A stretch of 63,976 nucleotides of DNA, counting the filler, from Licmophora abbreviata (Eukaryota), in assembly GCA_900291995.1 (NCBI GenBank). It is 22 parts of 22 records of this genome, joined end to end, with 100 filler letters (N's around TTAATTAATTAA, not from the genome) between each part and the next. Parts side by side here need not be neighbours in the genome. Positions count along the whole stretch, not along the records: positions 24,596 to 25,983 come from OLMU01003168.1; positions 26,084 to 30,039 come from OLMU01003171.1; positions 30,140 to 32,714 come from OLMU01003172.1; positions 32,815 to 33,973 come from OLMU01003173.1; positions 34,074 to 35,446 come from OLMU01003174.1; positions 35,547 to 38,070 come from OLMU01003175.1; 16 more parts are not named here. The stretch is one strand, 5' to 3'. A program made the position numbers and the translations under genes. Below, piece by piece: positions 25,312 to 37,169 of the stretch. Within the stretch, counting starts at the first letter, position 1, and every line of letters starts with the position of its first letter. A model generated the notes under the pieces. The model did not search any database. It saw only the letters and a program-made list of their open reading frames with translations, and was not told where the DNA came from.

Positions 25312-25983
25312 ATGATCTGCAGATGGATATTCTTGATAGCATGTCTGCCTGCGGTGTGGGGATTCTCCTCTCGACAAGCTGGCACAGCCTACTATGCGCC
25401 GACATCGCCAGACAGCAGTAGTCGGATTTTCATTGCCGAAGGCGACATCAATGATAACGCAGACGCTCTGTCAGAAGAGAATGCTACTCTGTTGCTCAAG
25501 GGAGAGTACTCGACTCAGTCCGACGCTGCTCCCATATCTTCTCCTGACGAAATGCTGAAGTTCTTCCAAGACAAGCAGACTCGTCTATGCCTCGCTTCCG
25601 CCGGTCATCGACTTGACGTCGAATATATTGCTAGCACTATTGGTCTGCAAGAAAAATGGATAGAACGGGCACTTCGTTTTGGGGCAACTGAGCCGGAGAT
25701 AGGGGACGTGTTGGTATCCATCAAGACTGGAGGTCTTAATCTGCCAGGCATCACCATTTCGACTGTTGCCATTGTCGGAAGCAAGCTTATTCCGCCAAGC
25801 GGGACGTCCCTCTACCCCAGCTTCGAGTTTGTCACTATTGAGGATAAGACAGAAGCGTCTGGGCTCAAGCCGGTGGTCTGGATTTACAATCAGCTAACCG
25901 GGGCAGGGAAGAAGGATGCCGACGACCGTACCGCCGCATCGTCCGTCTCTCGATTCACGGTGCGACCGACAGAGGATGAAAGT
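25312..25983 (+). CDS. Hypothetical protein with bipartite plastid-type presequence (3'-partial)
   Basis: MICRWIFLIACLPAVWGF-SSR signal; the frame stays open up to the gap. Confidence 0.65.
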
Positions 25984-26353
25984 NNNNNNNNNNNNNNNNN
26001 NNNNNNNNNNNNNNNNNNNNNNNNNNNTTAATTAATTAANNNNNNNNNNNNNNNNNNNNNNNNNNNNNNNNNNNNNNNNNNNNGCACTCCCTCCCGACCT
26101 CAAAATTAAAACAGCCTGTAAAGTACCATCAGAAGAGCGAATGGGATGGCTCCTTTGTTGGGCGATCGTTAAGTGAATGTGTTGGATAATTAAGGAATAC
26201 AGTGCGGACAATGGAGCTAGCGTTTTAGTTTCGAATATTGTTTTCATAGCAATCCATCAACGAGCTCCCGTTCAAGGTGTCGAGTGCGATCAAAGAGTCG
26301 CGTGGCCCTAACAGTCTGTTCTGCAATTGCACAACAACGCAATTTCAATATCG

Positions 26354-28422
26354 TCATGTCTGAGGTGGTAAGCCTGAGGCCTTCCAGGCCTGCTTTTCTC
26401 GAAGGTCGTTGACAAGTTCATGAATCGACTTGAGTAGAACAGGATTGAGCGGACTCGTCCTTGAAGGCTGCAACTGGTGCGTGGTGCTCTCGGCATACTC
26501 GATGGAGCTGGCCATCAGCTCAAGAAACGAATCAAGACGCTAAAGCACAAGCACGTTGTGTCACAGAGTGAGATGAGCATTTGTCAATTGGTGCGCTGTG
26601 TATCTAGCTGCTATTGGGACACCGGTTTACTTACATCGATTGACTGGCCGATTTCTTTCACAATGATCGCTTCACGTTCCTTCTCGCTGTTGACATGCAA
26701 GCAGTACGCAAGCATTCTAAGGTTGCGTCCCTTCTCGTCGTTCGAGAACGTAGCTTCCGCCTTGATGCGTTCCCGGAGTAGCGTCAAAAGGAGCAGTAGT
26801 TGCTCAGGCCCTGTCTTGGGAGATGGTTTCGCCCGCTCAAGGCCGGAAGCTTGTGACATCTCAAACTCGGCCTGTAGCGCCTTCTGTACTGCAGGATCGT
26901 TCGGATCGAGGGTTTCGATGCGCTGGCCTTTCTCTGTTGTAACATTCCAGAGCTGACTCGTGGTATCTACCTCTTCTGTAACCTCCTCCCGATCTGGTTC
27001 GGGCCCGAGAGATTCCACTCGTTTCTCTTGTTGCCGAATAACATCGTTGAGATAATCCAGAAGCGAGTTGCTTAGCTCCCCTGCATCACCGGTGTCGTCG
27101 CTGCTTTTTGTCATCGACGCCAACAAGAAATCGAGACCGTCTACACCTTCGGTGACTAGCTTGTCCAGTAGAACGGTGGCTGTCTCTCTCGCAATACGCC
27201 TTACTTCTGCCCGTCGATAACCTTCTAAGAACGCGCGGACTTTCGATACTTCGCGGTAGTGACCACCCCCTTTCTTGGCGTCGTCGCCAGCCATGCCATC
27301 GTGCCCGATTGCTCGTAGCTCATAATCACGTAGCACTTCTTGCAGTACCTGTCCTCTGCCCGTTCGAAGAGCCTTTGAAGATGCACTAAGAATATCAGTG
27401 GGTACTTTGGCCGGATCAAAGCCAACGAATCCATCAGGGGTGGACGGCGATGCAAGCTCAAAAGTCTCAGCCGCGTCCTCCACAGGAGTCAGACCTCCGC
27501 TGTACTCCTCGCGAAATGCAGGCGCTCCTGTCATAGCAAGCAGCGCGTGTACAAGTTCTGTCACAGTTTCTTTTGCTTCTTCCAGCTCTCTGGAGGTTGT
27601 CTCGGCCTTTACCGGTGCATCTGCCATGTCCCATGGAGCTGATGACGCAGTCTCGGAGCCGGCCATCATGGCATCGTTCGAGAACATATTTTGACCCGGT
27701 TGAGCTGCGGCAACTCCTGTCAAGTCATTTTGGTCTTTTGTCGAATAGACTGTGACGACACGCTCTCCATTTTCGTCCGGCGTCATGGGCGGTGGTGGAG
27801 GTGCAGAAATGACATCGCTAGACACGTACGATGGTTTCGGACCGTCGACCCTTCTGTCATCGGTGGCGCTCGCATTGACAACACCAGGGGAATGGTAGAA
27901 GAAATAACCATCATCTTCTGCCAAGTCTTCTTCCGGGTCGATGCTGACTATTTCGTATCGCTCTTTGCTGTCTTGCTGGGTACCCTCCTCCACGCGCGCC
28001 TTGCGTTCCAGTCGGCGTTGGTGGTCACAAGCCGCCTGTTCGTCGGCGAAGTCCCGCAGCCGCTGCAATAGGACTTCCTTTGTTCCTTGTGTTGATAGGT
28101 GATATTGTTCGCAAAGCTCCTCTAATTTTGATTTTGGAACTTGCTGGAGCAATCGTTGGTCGCTCTCGTTGTCGTTGTCGCCGAATGCCGAACTGCGGGA
28201 CTCTGTGCGGTGATCAGTCGAGACTTGAAGTACTGATCGACGCGGAAAAGATGGAATTCCAACGCCCCAGCCAGTACCGGTACGAGTGGGTAGTATGAAG
28301 CCATGTACCCCGATCGATGGTCCCAAATTAACATGACGACGGACTGCTGCTAGTATTATGAATGCAGCGGGAAGAGTGGCGTATCGAATGGTTGGCTTCG
28401 TGCGTACAAATCGACACTTCAT
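26354..28422 (-). CDS. SAP-domain protein, probably plastid-targeted (intron 26540-26634)
   Basis: SAP motif KSKLEELCEQYHLSTQGTKEVLLQRL; hydrophobic N-terminus ending VHGF; last exon RLDSFLELMASSIEYAES. Confidence 0.75.
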
Positions 28423-28894
28423 TTCTGTCAGCCGTATATAGTCTAAATTTATTTCAGATACCACACGTCTGTCTTCGGCGTCGTCCACGGGCTGTTATCT
28501 AAGACGAGAGTAGCGGCGGGTAAACCTATTGATGGTGCTGGCCACTGCACTGCTGATTCGAAGGATATGATGTTTCCTAGCCGATTTTATGGAATGGACG
28601 CGACGTGAATTGAGGGATAAGTGGTGCTCAGAGCCCAGATCTGGCCAGCGTCCGTCATATTTTAGACATATGAATGAGCCTACAAAGGAGGTAGAATACA
28701 CATGCCGATGGAGACTTGATGCTCGATCGATCTACACTACCGTAAGTCAGCCAGATCAAGTGTACGACACCAGTGCTCAGCACAGAACAGTTGACATATT
28801 AATTCCTTAGAGATCTCACCCTTTATCTTCTGCAAGAAGACACAATATACTGAAGTAGTCGGGCACTATTGTATGTTCGCACCTCCTATTAGAT

Positions 28895-30952
28895 CTAAGA
28901 TTCGGCCTTCGCTTTCTTCGAAGGCGGTTCTTCCTCTACTTTGTCTTCAGCTTCGAACGCTTCATCGTAGGCGGCATCATGTACTCCAGCAGCACGTCCA
29001 CTGGGGTCCGCTCGAAGGCTAAATGATGCATCCCAGTTCATGGCTCGCTCGGTCGAGCACGCGATGCTCTTTCCTCCAGGCACCGTCTTCTCTGCAGCTT
29101 CTCCAGGGAATAACTCCTCGAAAATCATACGATAGCGGTACGCCTCCTTCGTTACTGGCGTGTTGTGAGGGAAGCGGTTGGCCGCACTTGCAAACATTTG
29201 GTCCGAGATCTCCTTGTCCCCTACCGCCTTGAGGTGATCAACCCACCCATAGCCGACACCTGTGGCAAAGAGCAGACACAATAACAAGCCACGAGGTAAG
29301 CGACAGCGTTAGGTACGGCAAATTAACACAAAGACAAGAACAGTTGAAAAAAACTCATTTCTACGCACCGTCGCTGAACTGCTCCTTTTGCCTCCAGAGA
29401 ATCTCGTCTGGAAGGTATGGGTCGTCCACCGTGTCGAACGCCTTGCGAATAGCCCACTTTTCAATGCGCGTGTCTTCCTTTGAGATTTCTGGTCCCTTAC
29501 GAATTAGCTTGTGCTCGGGGTCCAAATTCATGGCAACATCGAGAAAGTCAGCATCGAGAAACGGCACACGAGGTTCGACGCCCCATGCACTCATGGCCTT
29601 GTTGCAACGGAGGCAATCGTACATATGCAAACGACTCAATTTGTCCACCGTCTCGTCGTAGAATTCCTGCGTGTTGGGAGCCTTGTGGAAATATAGGTAT
29701 CCACCAAAGACTTCGTCCGCACCTTCTCCACTAATGACCATCTTTATCCCCATCGCTTTGATCTTGCGGCTCATCAAATACATTGGGGTAGAAGCACGAA
29801 TGGTGGTGACATCGTACGTTTCCAGGCACCGAATGACTTCGCGGACAGCATCAGCCCCCTCTTCGATGGTGTAGGTGTAAGCATGATGGATGGTTCCAAG
29901 ATGATCTGCCACTTTCTTCGCAGCGATAAGATCCGGTGATCCCTTCAACCCGACTGTGAACGAATGCAGCTTTGGAAACGACGTGGAGCGACGGCCGATG
30001 TGACGGGCACAAATGGCAGCGACAAGCGACGAATCCAATNNNNNNNNNNNNNNNNNNNNNNNNNNNNNNNNNNNNNNNNNNNNTTAATTAATTAANNNNN
30101 NNNNNNNNNNNNNNNNNNNNNNNNNNNNNNNNNNNNNNNACTGCCTTCTCGAATGCATGCCTCAACACGTCCTATATTTCGATGCAGGCAGGATGGAAGA
30201 GAGAGTGTGAGTCACTATGCAAGCCTCTCATACCCTGCTGGCCCCCGTTCTCGACACTCTGTTAAACTCACTGAGTTGTATTCTCCAGTCGGCGGAGTGA
30301 GTCCTGGGAGCATCTTTGGTGCCCAGTCGGGAGTGTACCAGCGGATAAACTTTCCTCCGTCCTTCCCCTTGCTGACATAAATGTGACCAGGAGGAAAAGC
30401 CTGAAACTTGGTACATTCGCCAATCAAGCTTTTCATTTCCGACGCAATCCAGATTGATCCATCGTTTCCCCATCCAATGTAAAGCGGAGTAATGCCCATG
30501 TGATCGCGAACCACCATGAACAGGTCCTTCTTCCGGTCGTACAGGACAAAGCTAAACATACCACGGAGTCGGCGGGGAAGTTCAACCGTCGGTCCATGCT
30601 CTTCATACAAAGGAAGAATGACTTCACAGTCCGATCCAGTCTGCGGCGTGTACGGCGTCTTTAGATCCTCGTAGAGTTCCTTGTAGTTGTAGACTTCCCC
30701 GTTGGCAGCGACGATCACGGAATGATCAGCCGAAACGAGTGGCTGCTCACCGCTCTCCGGGTCCATAATAGCGAGACGCTCATGAGCGATACCATGGGGC
30801 AGGGGAGTTCCGGTATCTGTGTTGGCCTCGATGACGATGTATCCTGACCAGTCTGGGCCGCGGTGCCGGAGTTTGGACGAACAAGCGATCAGCAGCTTTC
30901 GAAGTTCCGCCTCAGGCAAGGAGGAACCGAAGATGGCAAAAATTCCACACAT
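28895..30952 (-). CDS. ASNS: Asparagine synthetase, glutamine-hydrolysing (introns 30172-30271, 29260-29368; internal gap)
   Basis: MCGIF start, [40 protein letters not shown] and [12 protein letters not shown]. Confidence 0.96.
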
Positions 30953-31277
30953 TCCACACTGATTAAACTCGCTACTCTGTCTTTGTCTCCTGACGCGCTT
31001 CGATCGACCACACTGAGCTAGGTGGAACGACAAGGAGGATGCGATGACAAGTATGATAGCTTGGTGGTGCAAGCATTGCAGCGCCTCGCCGTCGGCTCGA
31101 AGATCGCGGCTCCTCGCTTCTCGTGTCGCGCTCTCCTCGGCCTTTTCGGCGAATAGAGAGCGTGTGCGGCTGAGAGCGCGCTTGTCTGTCCATCACACAG
31201 CTCTACCACCAAGAAATGAGCGAATTGCACACCCAGTGAGCGGGACCGGTAGTAGCATGATAGCTTGGCTATATCGT

Positions 31278-32640
31278 TTAGATGAGTGTGTATAGCCCGT
31301 ATTCCAAGTAGAACAAATCCCAGATGTGCTTGTAGTATACCTTCACCGAAGGAATCGAGTTGGGATCCAGTTGACGAAACCTAGCCAGCAGAATTGCAGC
31401 GAGAGCAACGTGCCCTCCAATCATCGGGACGCGACGGAAGGTTCCAGGCGCCGACAGCAAACATGTTGCGATTGCATGGATATAGTTCGCTACAAGACAG
31501 ACTGTTGCGCCTTTAGCAATGCGAGGAACCCCGACTCTGGTAGCGAATGTTTCAATGTTGTACGCCTACAAACAGGAGAGCGTGAGAAAACGGAAGCCCC
31601 GAGAAAAATATAAATCACTCGCGCCGAATATTTACCTTATCACCCTCTGTATCTGGAAGATCTTTCGTTACAGCGATGACCGTGGCAAAGGCAGTCATGA
31701 ATCGCGCAATGAACGAAACTTTCGGAGACCAACTGAAGGTAGCGCCAATGGCATCCTTAACGGCGTAGTAGACACCAAAGTTCAAGAGGAACCCACGGAC
31801 AGTGGCAATCGTCAAACCAGCTAGAAATGGATTCTGCTTCGTTCGAATTGGAGGCACCGAGTAAATAGCACCCAGAAACCAGCCCATCATGTAGAGGCGA
31901 AACAGTAAAATGGGAAAGAAATTTCGACTAGGAAAGTAGATAAGAGTGAGGAATGCGCGACCTAGGTTGTCCGAAAAGCATCACCGCAGCAATTGTTTTA
32001 CTCACACAATCAATGGTCCAACAATTCCGCTTGTGAGCACCGCGACCCATGCAAACCGAGTCGACATCTCACCACTTGCTACAGGCAAGAAAGGCTTGTT
32101 CATTTGATCGATGTTCTTGTCGAATATCTGGTTGATACCGACAATGAAAGCATTCCCCAATAGCAGAGCGATCATCCCAATGACAGCCCGCGGTAACATA
32201 TCGCCCCACTGGGCTTGTGCAATCGCTCCTGGAGTATCAATCAGCGCTCGTGTTGTCCCTGCGACCGATGCCAGGATGGTACCTCGAATTGTGTGGGGTC
32301 GAGTGAACTTGTACAAAGCTCTCAGTTTCGCCTTTAGTGACCCAGCCTGTGCTTCAGAAACATCCCTGGACAAGGCATCCGGATCGAAGTCACCTTCTAC
32401 AGCCCTAAAGGGCGTGGTTCTCGTAATATCTCGCGCAAGAGAACGAACGCCGGGTGGCGTCAGGGAGACTCGACCATAGTGAGGTGAAGGAGAAAATGCC
32501 CAAGCCGGGGTCGAAAACAAGGCCATGCCTGCCAACGCCAGAAGCACCGGCATACTGCAGCGTCCTGGAGCCGTGCTCATGGTCGATGAAAACAATGGAA
32601 GCACAGACTCTGTAGCAAGCTGCGATGACACCGTCGCCAC
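31278..32640 (-). CDS. HST: Homogentisate solanesyltransferase (UbiA family, plastid; introns 31928-32005, 31566-31635)
   Basis: [54 protein letters not shown] and [13 protein letters not shown] presequence. The start is either 32640 (GTG) or a downstream ATG (~32580). Confidence 0.9.
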
Positions 32641-32814
32641 GGAGTGTTTCGGTGTGGTCGGCGAAACATCATGTTTTCCCGCTTTCGCGCGAGCAGTCCG
32701 TCACTGACGTCAGANNNNNNNNNNNNNNNNNNNNNNNNNNNNNNNNNNNNNNNNNNNNTTAATTAATTAANNNNNNNNNNNNNNNNNNNNNNNNNNNNNN
32801 NNNNNNNNNNNNNN

Positions 32815-33493
32815 GTCGATTGATCGCACAGTTGGAAATACCAGCAACGCTCCACTTCTCCCCCCAAAATGCGTGAGAAGTGCCGCCCGTTCTCCGCGAA
32901 GGTCCTCCGAGTCTCGACACTTGGGCCTTTGCTTCTGGAGGCATCGGAAGCAAGCGGTTGTCGACAAGGGACCGACATTCGCCCGAATGGATGACGATGA
33001 TGTATCCAAACGCACTCGACTTCCGCAAACTGGGTCTGGGCACAAACATGGCTCATCACGCCCTGCAAAACGCCGTAACGAGAAGAAGCGGTCCTCACTG
33101 ACGACAAACGTCGATGAACTAAGCGGGTGTTTAGCTGCGGAGACTTTTCGAGCTGATGAGCTCCGCAAGCGTCTGAGCTCCACCTCCCGATACTATGACA
33201 ACATTGTACATTCGCTTCAACAGAATGTCGGAATTCTCCAGTCAGCCAAGCAAGACGTCGCATCCGACGGATATACTCGAGATATGATTGATCAGCTCTC
33301 GCTATTGGATCGTGAGAAGCGTGCCATTCTGACAAGACTGCGTGCAAGGGAGGGCGCGATCGCTCAGCTCGAAAAGAGTTTGAAGGGGGCTACGCGTAGG
33401 AATTGTCCACAAGCTTCAAAGTCGCAGGTGACGAAACGGAGAAGTCAAACAATCGATTGGCGAGAGACGAATGAACAACTGACCTGGGTCTGA
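32815..33493 (+). CDS. Hypothetical coiled-coil protein (5'-partial)
   Basis: Open frame from the contig start; heptad-like LSLLDREKRAILTRLRAREGAIAQLEKSL. Confidence 0.5.
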
Positions 33494-33596
33494 GTGATGT
33501 TGGGGTCCTTCCCATGAGAAATTAGCGAACTTACCTATATAAAGTAATCTTGTAACATACCTGTGGCGATAGTCTTAGTCACATAGTATTGTACCC

Positions 33597-36213
33597 TCAG
33601 AGCTCCTTCTGTAGAACGCTTCTATTCCTTCGAAACCGGTTGATTGCACCAGCAATCTCGAGGAGACGCGGTCGCACCAATGTACCGTTGAAGTCGTGCG
33701 GACTTAGACAGCTAAGACCCTCTTGTGTCATCGTGCGATCTAGCACGGCAAGCCTTTCAGGCAAACTTGCGCTTGAATTTGGGCCAGCTAGCTCGCCGAA
33801 TACTTGTAGAGCACTTGATATCGCAGCCGTCTGTGACTTCGTCACTATTTGCTCCAGCCCGGAGAGGTCAATCTCGACATCTCCGTATGAAATGCATCCC
33901 TTGGAAATCGTCTTCACCTTACCCATGGGCGAAAAGTCGATTCCAGGATACCGCTTGCGAATCGATCCAAAGGNNNNNNNNNNNNNNNNNNNNNNNNNNN
34001 NNNNNNNNNNNNNNNNNTTAATTAATTAANNNNNNNNNNNNNNNNNNNNNNNNNNNNNNNNNNNNNNNNNNNNAAAGTCGATTCCAGGATACCGCTTGCG
34101 AATCGATCCAAAGGGAATCGACTTGGAGGCAAGATGGGAGTTAACGTTATCAGCGCTAGCACTGGTCGCAATCTCCTTGGCACGCTCGGTAACATCGGTA
34201 CACTTGTAGCAATCCATCATCAAAATCGTGTCCGCGACATCAAAATAATCGCCTGAGCCTCCAATGACGAGAATGGAGGAAATGCCTCGTTCTTCAAGCA
34301 AAGGGCGAACCTTGTGAACGAACGGAGTGATCGGTTCCTTTTCCGGTGCAACCAGCTGCATCATCTTGTCGTCTCGAATCATAAAATTGGTCGCACAGGT
34401 ATCTTCGTCAACTAAAATGAGATTAGTTCCCATTTCGACGGCCTGACGAGTTCAAACATGGACAAACGGGAAGTGAGTAAACTGTGGGTGGTCGCACGTC
34501 GGTCAAGACAGGAAGGGAAAAACAAGTCTAGTCTGATTCCAACATTGAGTTTGGAGGAGCTTCCCCCAAGTGTGATCTTGGCGTTCCAACGCGCCGTCAT
34601 GACCATGAACGGGTCACACGGTAACTATAACGGAGCCGTCTCTCATACAATACGAGCGACACAATATCACACGCGCTCACCTCGACAATGTTACTTGCTT
34701 GACTGGTACTCCCGCTCGCATCTGGACTTGTAAAGCACGTCGTGTCTTTTCCAAACGGCAAGTTGTCGATGAAGGGAGAAATATCAACAGATGTCACGGA
34801 ACGACCGTCCTCGGCTCGAATCTTCATGGCACTATCGAGGGTAACGCAGAACTCGCGCCCGTCGCCGGGAATCTTGAGATAGACACCGAGCTGGAGAGCC
34901 GAAAGCAACGTGGACTTGCCATGAAAACCTCCTCCACAAATAAGTGTGATACCTGTCGGAATCCCCATTCCCAGTATCGCTTCGCCGCTATTTGGTAGAG
35001 TAAAGCTCACTTGAAGGCAGCGCGGCGACTCGAATGGAATAGCCGACGCGGACGCCATGGGACGGGCGTCGACACCTGAGGTACGAGGCAGGATCGCACC
35101 ATTGGGGACAAAGGCCACAAGATTGTGCGACTTCAACTGAGACTGCAACCAGTACTGGTCGTCGACTGAATCTACGTGCTGCGCCACATGCGACGCGGTC
35201 AAAGAGGCATACTGCAAGCTCGATTTCACCAAATCAACCAAAACTGTATCGAAAATTTCTCTTGCTGCCTGTCCTAGGACTGTCCTCCCCCTCGCCGGAA
35301 GGTTAATGGTAACCTGGGCGCATATAGTGCCCGTCTTTGAGTCCACTTGCACAGCCGTCTGTTCCAAGACATGTTGACATGGCTCCAATACTTGAACGTC
35401 GCCCCCCTTGGGTCCACTCCAGTACTTGCGCTTCCCATCGCTCAGGNNNNNNNNNNNNNNNNNNNNNNNNNNNNNNNNNNNNNNNNNNNNTTAATTAATT
35501 AANNNNNNNNNNNNNNNNNNNNNNNNNNNNNNNNNNNNNNNNNNNNGTCCACTCCAGTACTTGCGCTTCCCATCGCTCAGGCACTCGTCAGCACCCATCG
35601 ATTTACATTTGGCATACAGCACACGCTGCAAGTAATCTGACAGTGCAATGGCTCGTATAGCATTGGAGTAGAGGGAAGGCGGTAGCTCTGCGGTATGTAC
35701 CACTACGCGACAGCGTGTTGGAGGTGCAAATGGATCGCTCTGGGCCCGACCGACAAACAGCGTAAACATGTCGTGTTTCCAGCCAACCGATGATGCAGGG
35801 GTGTCCAAATCATGGTAGGAAGGATATCCGCGACCGTCAATCTGCTCTAGTACGCGTCGAAGATCCTCATATGTGCCTCCATTGTTGTTATTGCTGGGGC
35901 GACGCGGTGTCGTACCACTTTGAGTTGCCGACTTGCGACCGTACTTGTTCTTGTAGTATTGACCTCGTCCTCCTCCACCCTGACCACGTCCACCGCCTCG
36001 TCCACCGCCTCCACCGCGGTAGGATGACGACATGGCTGTGCCGGAGCGTCGCGAGTATCGTCGATTTGCAGAGCTGATACCGGTATTGATTTTTGGCGTC
36101 AACACGTTTCGTAATGCAAAGGGCTTGCTGACCACAACACTGGAACAAATTCTGGTTATCAATGATGACGACCACGCGAGAACTAATCTTGCACGGAGAG
36201 AGCCGAATTGCAT
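33597..36213 (-). CDS. Predicted ABC-class ATPase (ABC_ATPase/MRB1590-like family) with RGG-rich N-terminus (intron 34443-34680)
   Basis: QSDPFAPP, INLPARGR, Walker A GGGFHGKST, IRAEDGR, ASGSTSQA, Walker B LVDEDTCATNFMIRD, EPITPF and EIAGAINRFR. Both internal gaps have overlapping flanks. Confidence 0.9.
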
Positions 36214-36484
36214 GAGTCGCGACGAGAAAGATGGCGCTGATGATGACGATATTGTTGTCTCATTCTCTCATGGTGATGAGATAATGACGAGAGTGTCTTA
36301 AGTCGCGTCATGGGAGCGCGCGATTTCAGTCGATCATCGCGCTCCGCGTGGAATCTGTTTCAAACTGACCCGGAAGTTGAACCCTCACCCTGCTTTTCCC
36401 GCCACAAAACTTCAGAACAAAACGAACGCTCCTCTTCATTCCATCACAAATCGCAACACCACTCCCGCACTACACTTATTTCAA

Positions 36485-37006
36485 ATGACCATGATCAATC
36501 GACTTGCCTTGTTATCTGCTGCTACGGCAGCCTTGCTTACCGGCGCTGAAGCCTTCACGGTGGCACCCAAATTCGGTGTTCGTCCCTCGTCCACTTTCCT
36601 CTTTGCCGGCCAGAATGATCGAGAAGGCGGTGCAGCCATTGCCAAGCCCAAAATCAAGACTGACATCAAGACGGAGACCAAACAAAAGCAAAAGCAACGA
36701 AAGAAAGAAAAGGTTGAGACGGGAGATCCAGTGATGCGTCGAAAAGAGGCGTTTGAAGACGCTCCGATGTTCAAGGTAATGCTGCTGGGAGACGATGGTT
36801 ACGATCTGGGTCATGTCGTCGAACGGATTTGTGCCATTATGGAAGATGTCGATGAAGACATGGCGGCGAATGTATTTCAACAAGCACAGCAGGAAGGTAA
36901 AGCCATGTGCGGAAAGTATCCTTTGGAGCATGCTGAAATGTACAAGGAACAGTTGGTGCGAAGTGATCCCATGATCTTTAGTGATTTGGAAGAGGAGAAC
37001 AAGTAG
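36485..37006 (+). CDS. Plastid-targeted ClpS-like adaptor
   Basis: Signal ending AEAF plus transit peptide; ClpS-like core PMFKVMLLGDD..EGKAMCGKYPLEHAEMYKEQL. Confidence 0.75.
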   Translation: MTMINRLALLSAATAALLTGAEAFTVAPKFGVRPSSTFLFAGQNDREGGAAIAKPKIKTDIKTETKQKQKQRKKEKVETGDPVMRRKEAFEDAPMFKVMLLGDDGYDLGHVVERICAIMEDVDEDMAANVFQQAQQEGKAMCGKYPLEHAEMYKEQLVRSDPMIFSDLEEENK

Positions 37007-37169
37007 GCAGAGGTGTGATTGAGTCTGTAGGTGTTTGTGTTCTGGGCACAGTACCGTTCGAAACGATTTGAAGAGTCAAGAGTAACGCATGATCCGAACA
37101 TACAATGCACGTCGACCGATAAGCAAAAAGGACAACGCCTCTAATTGTAGCTTTCTACATTTAGTACTA

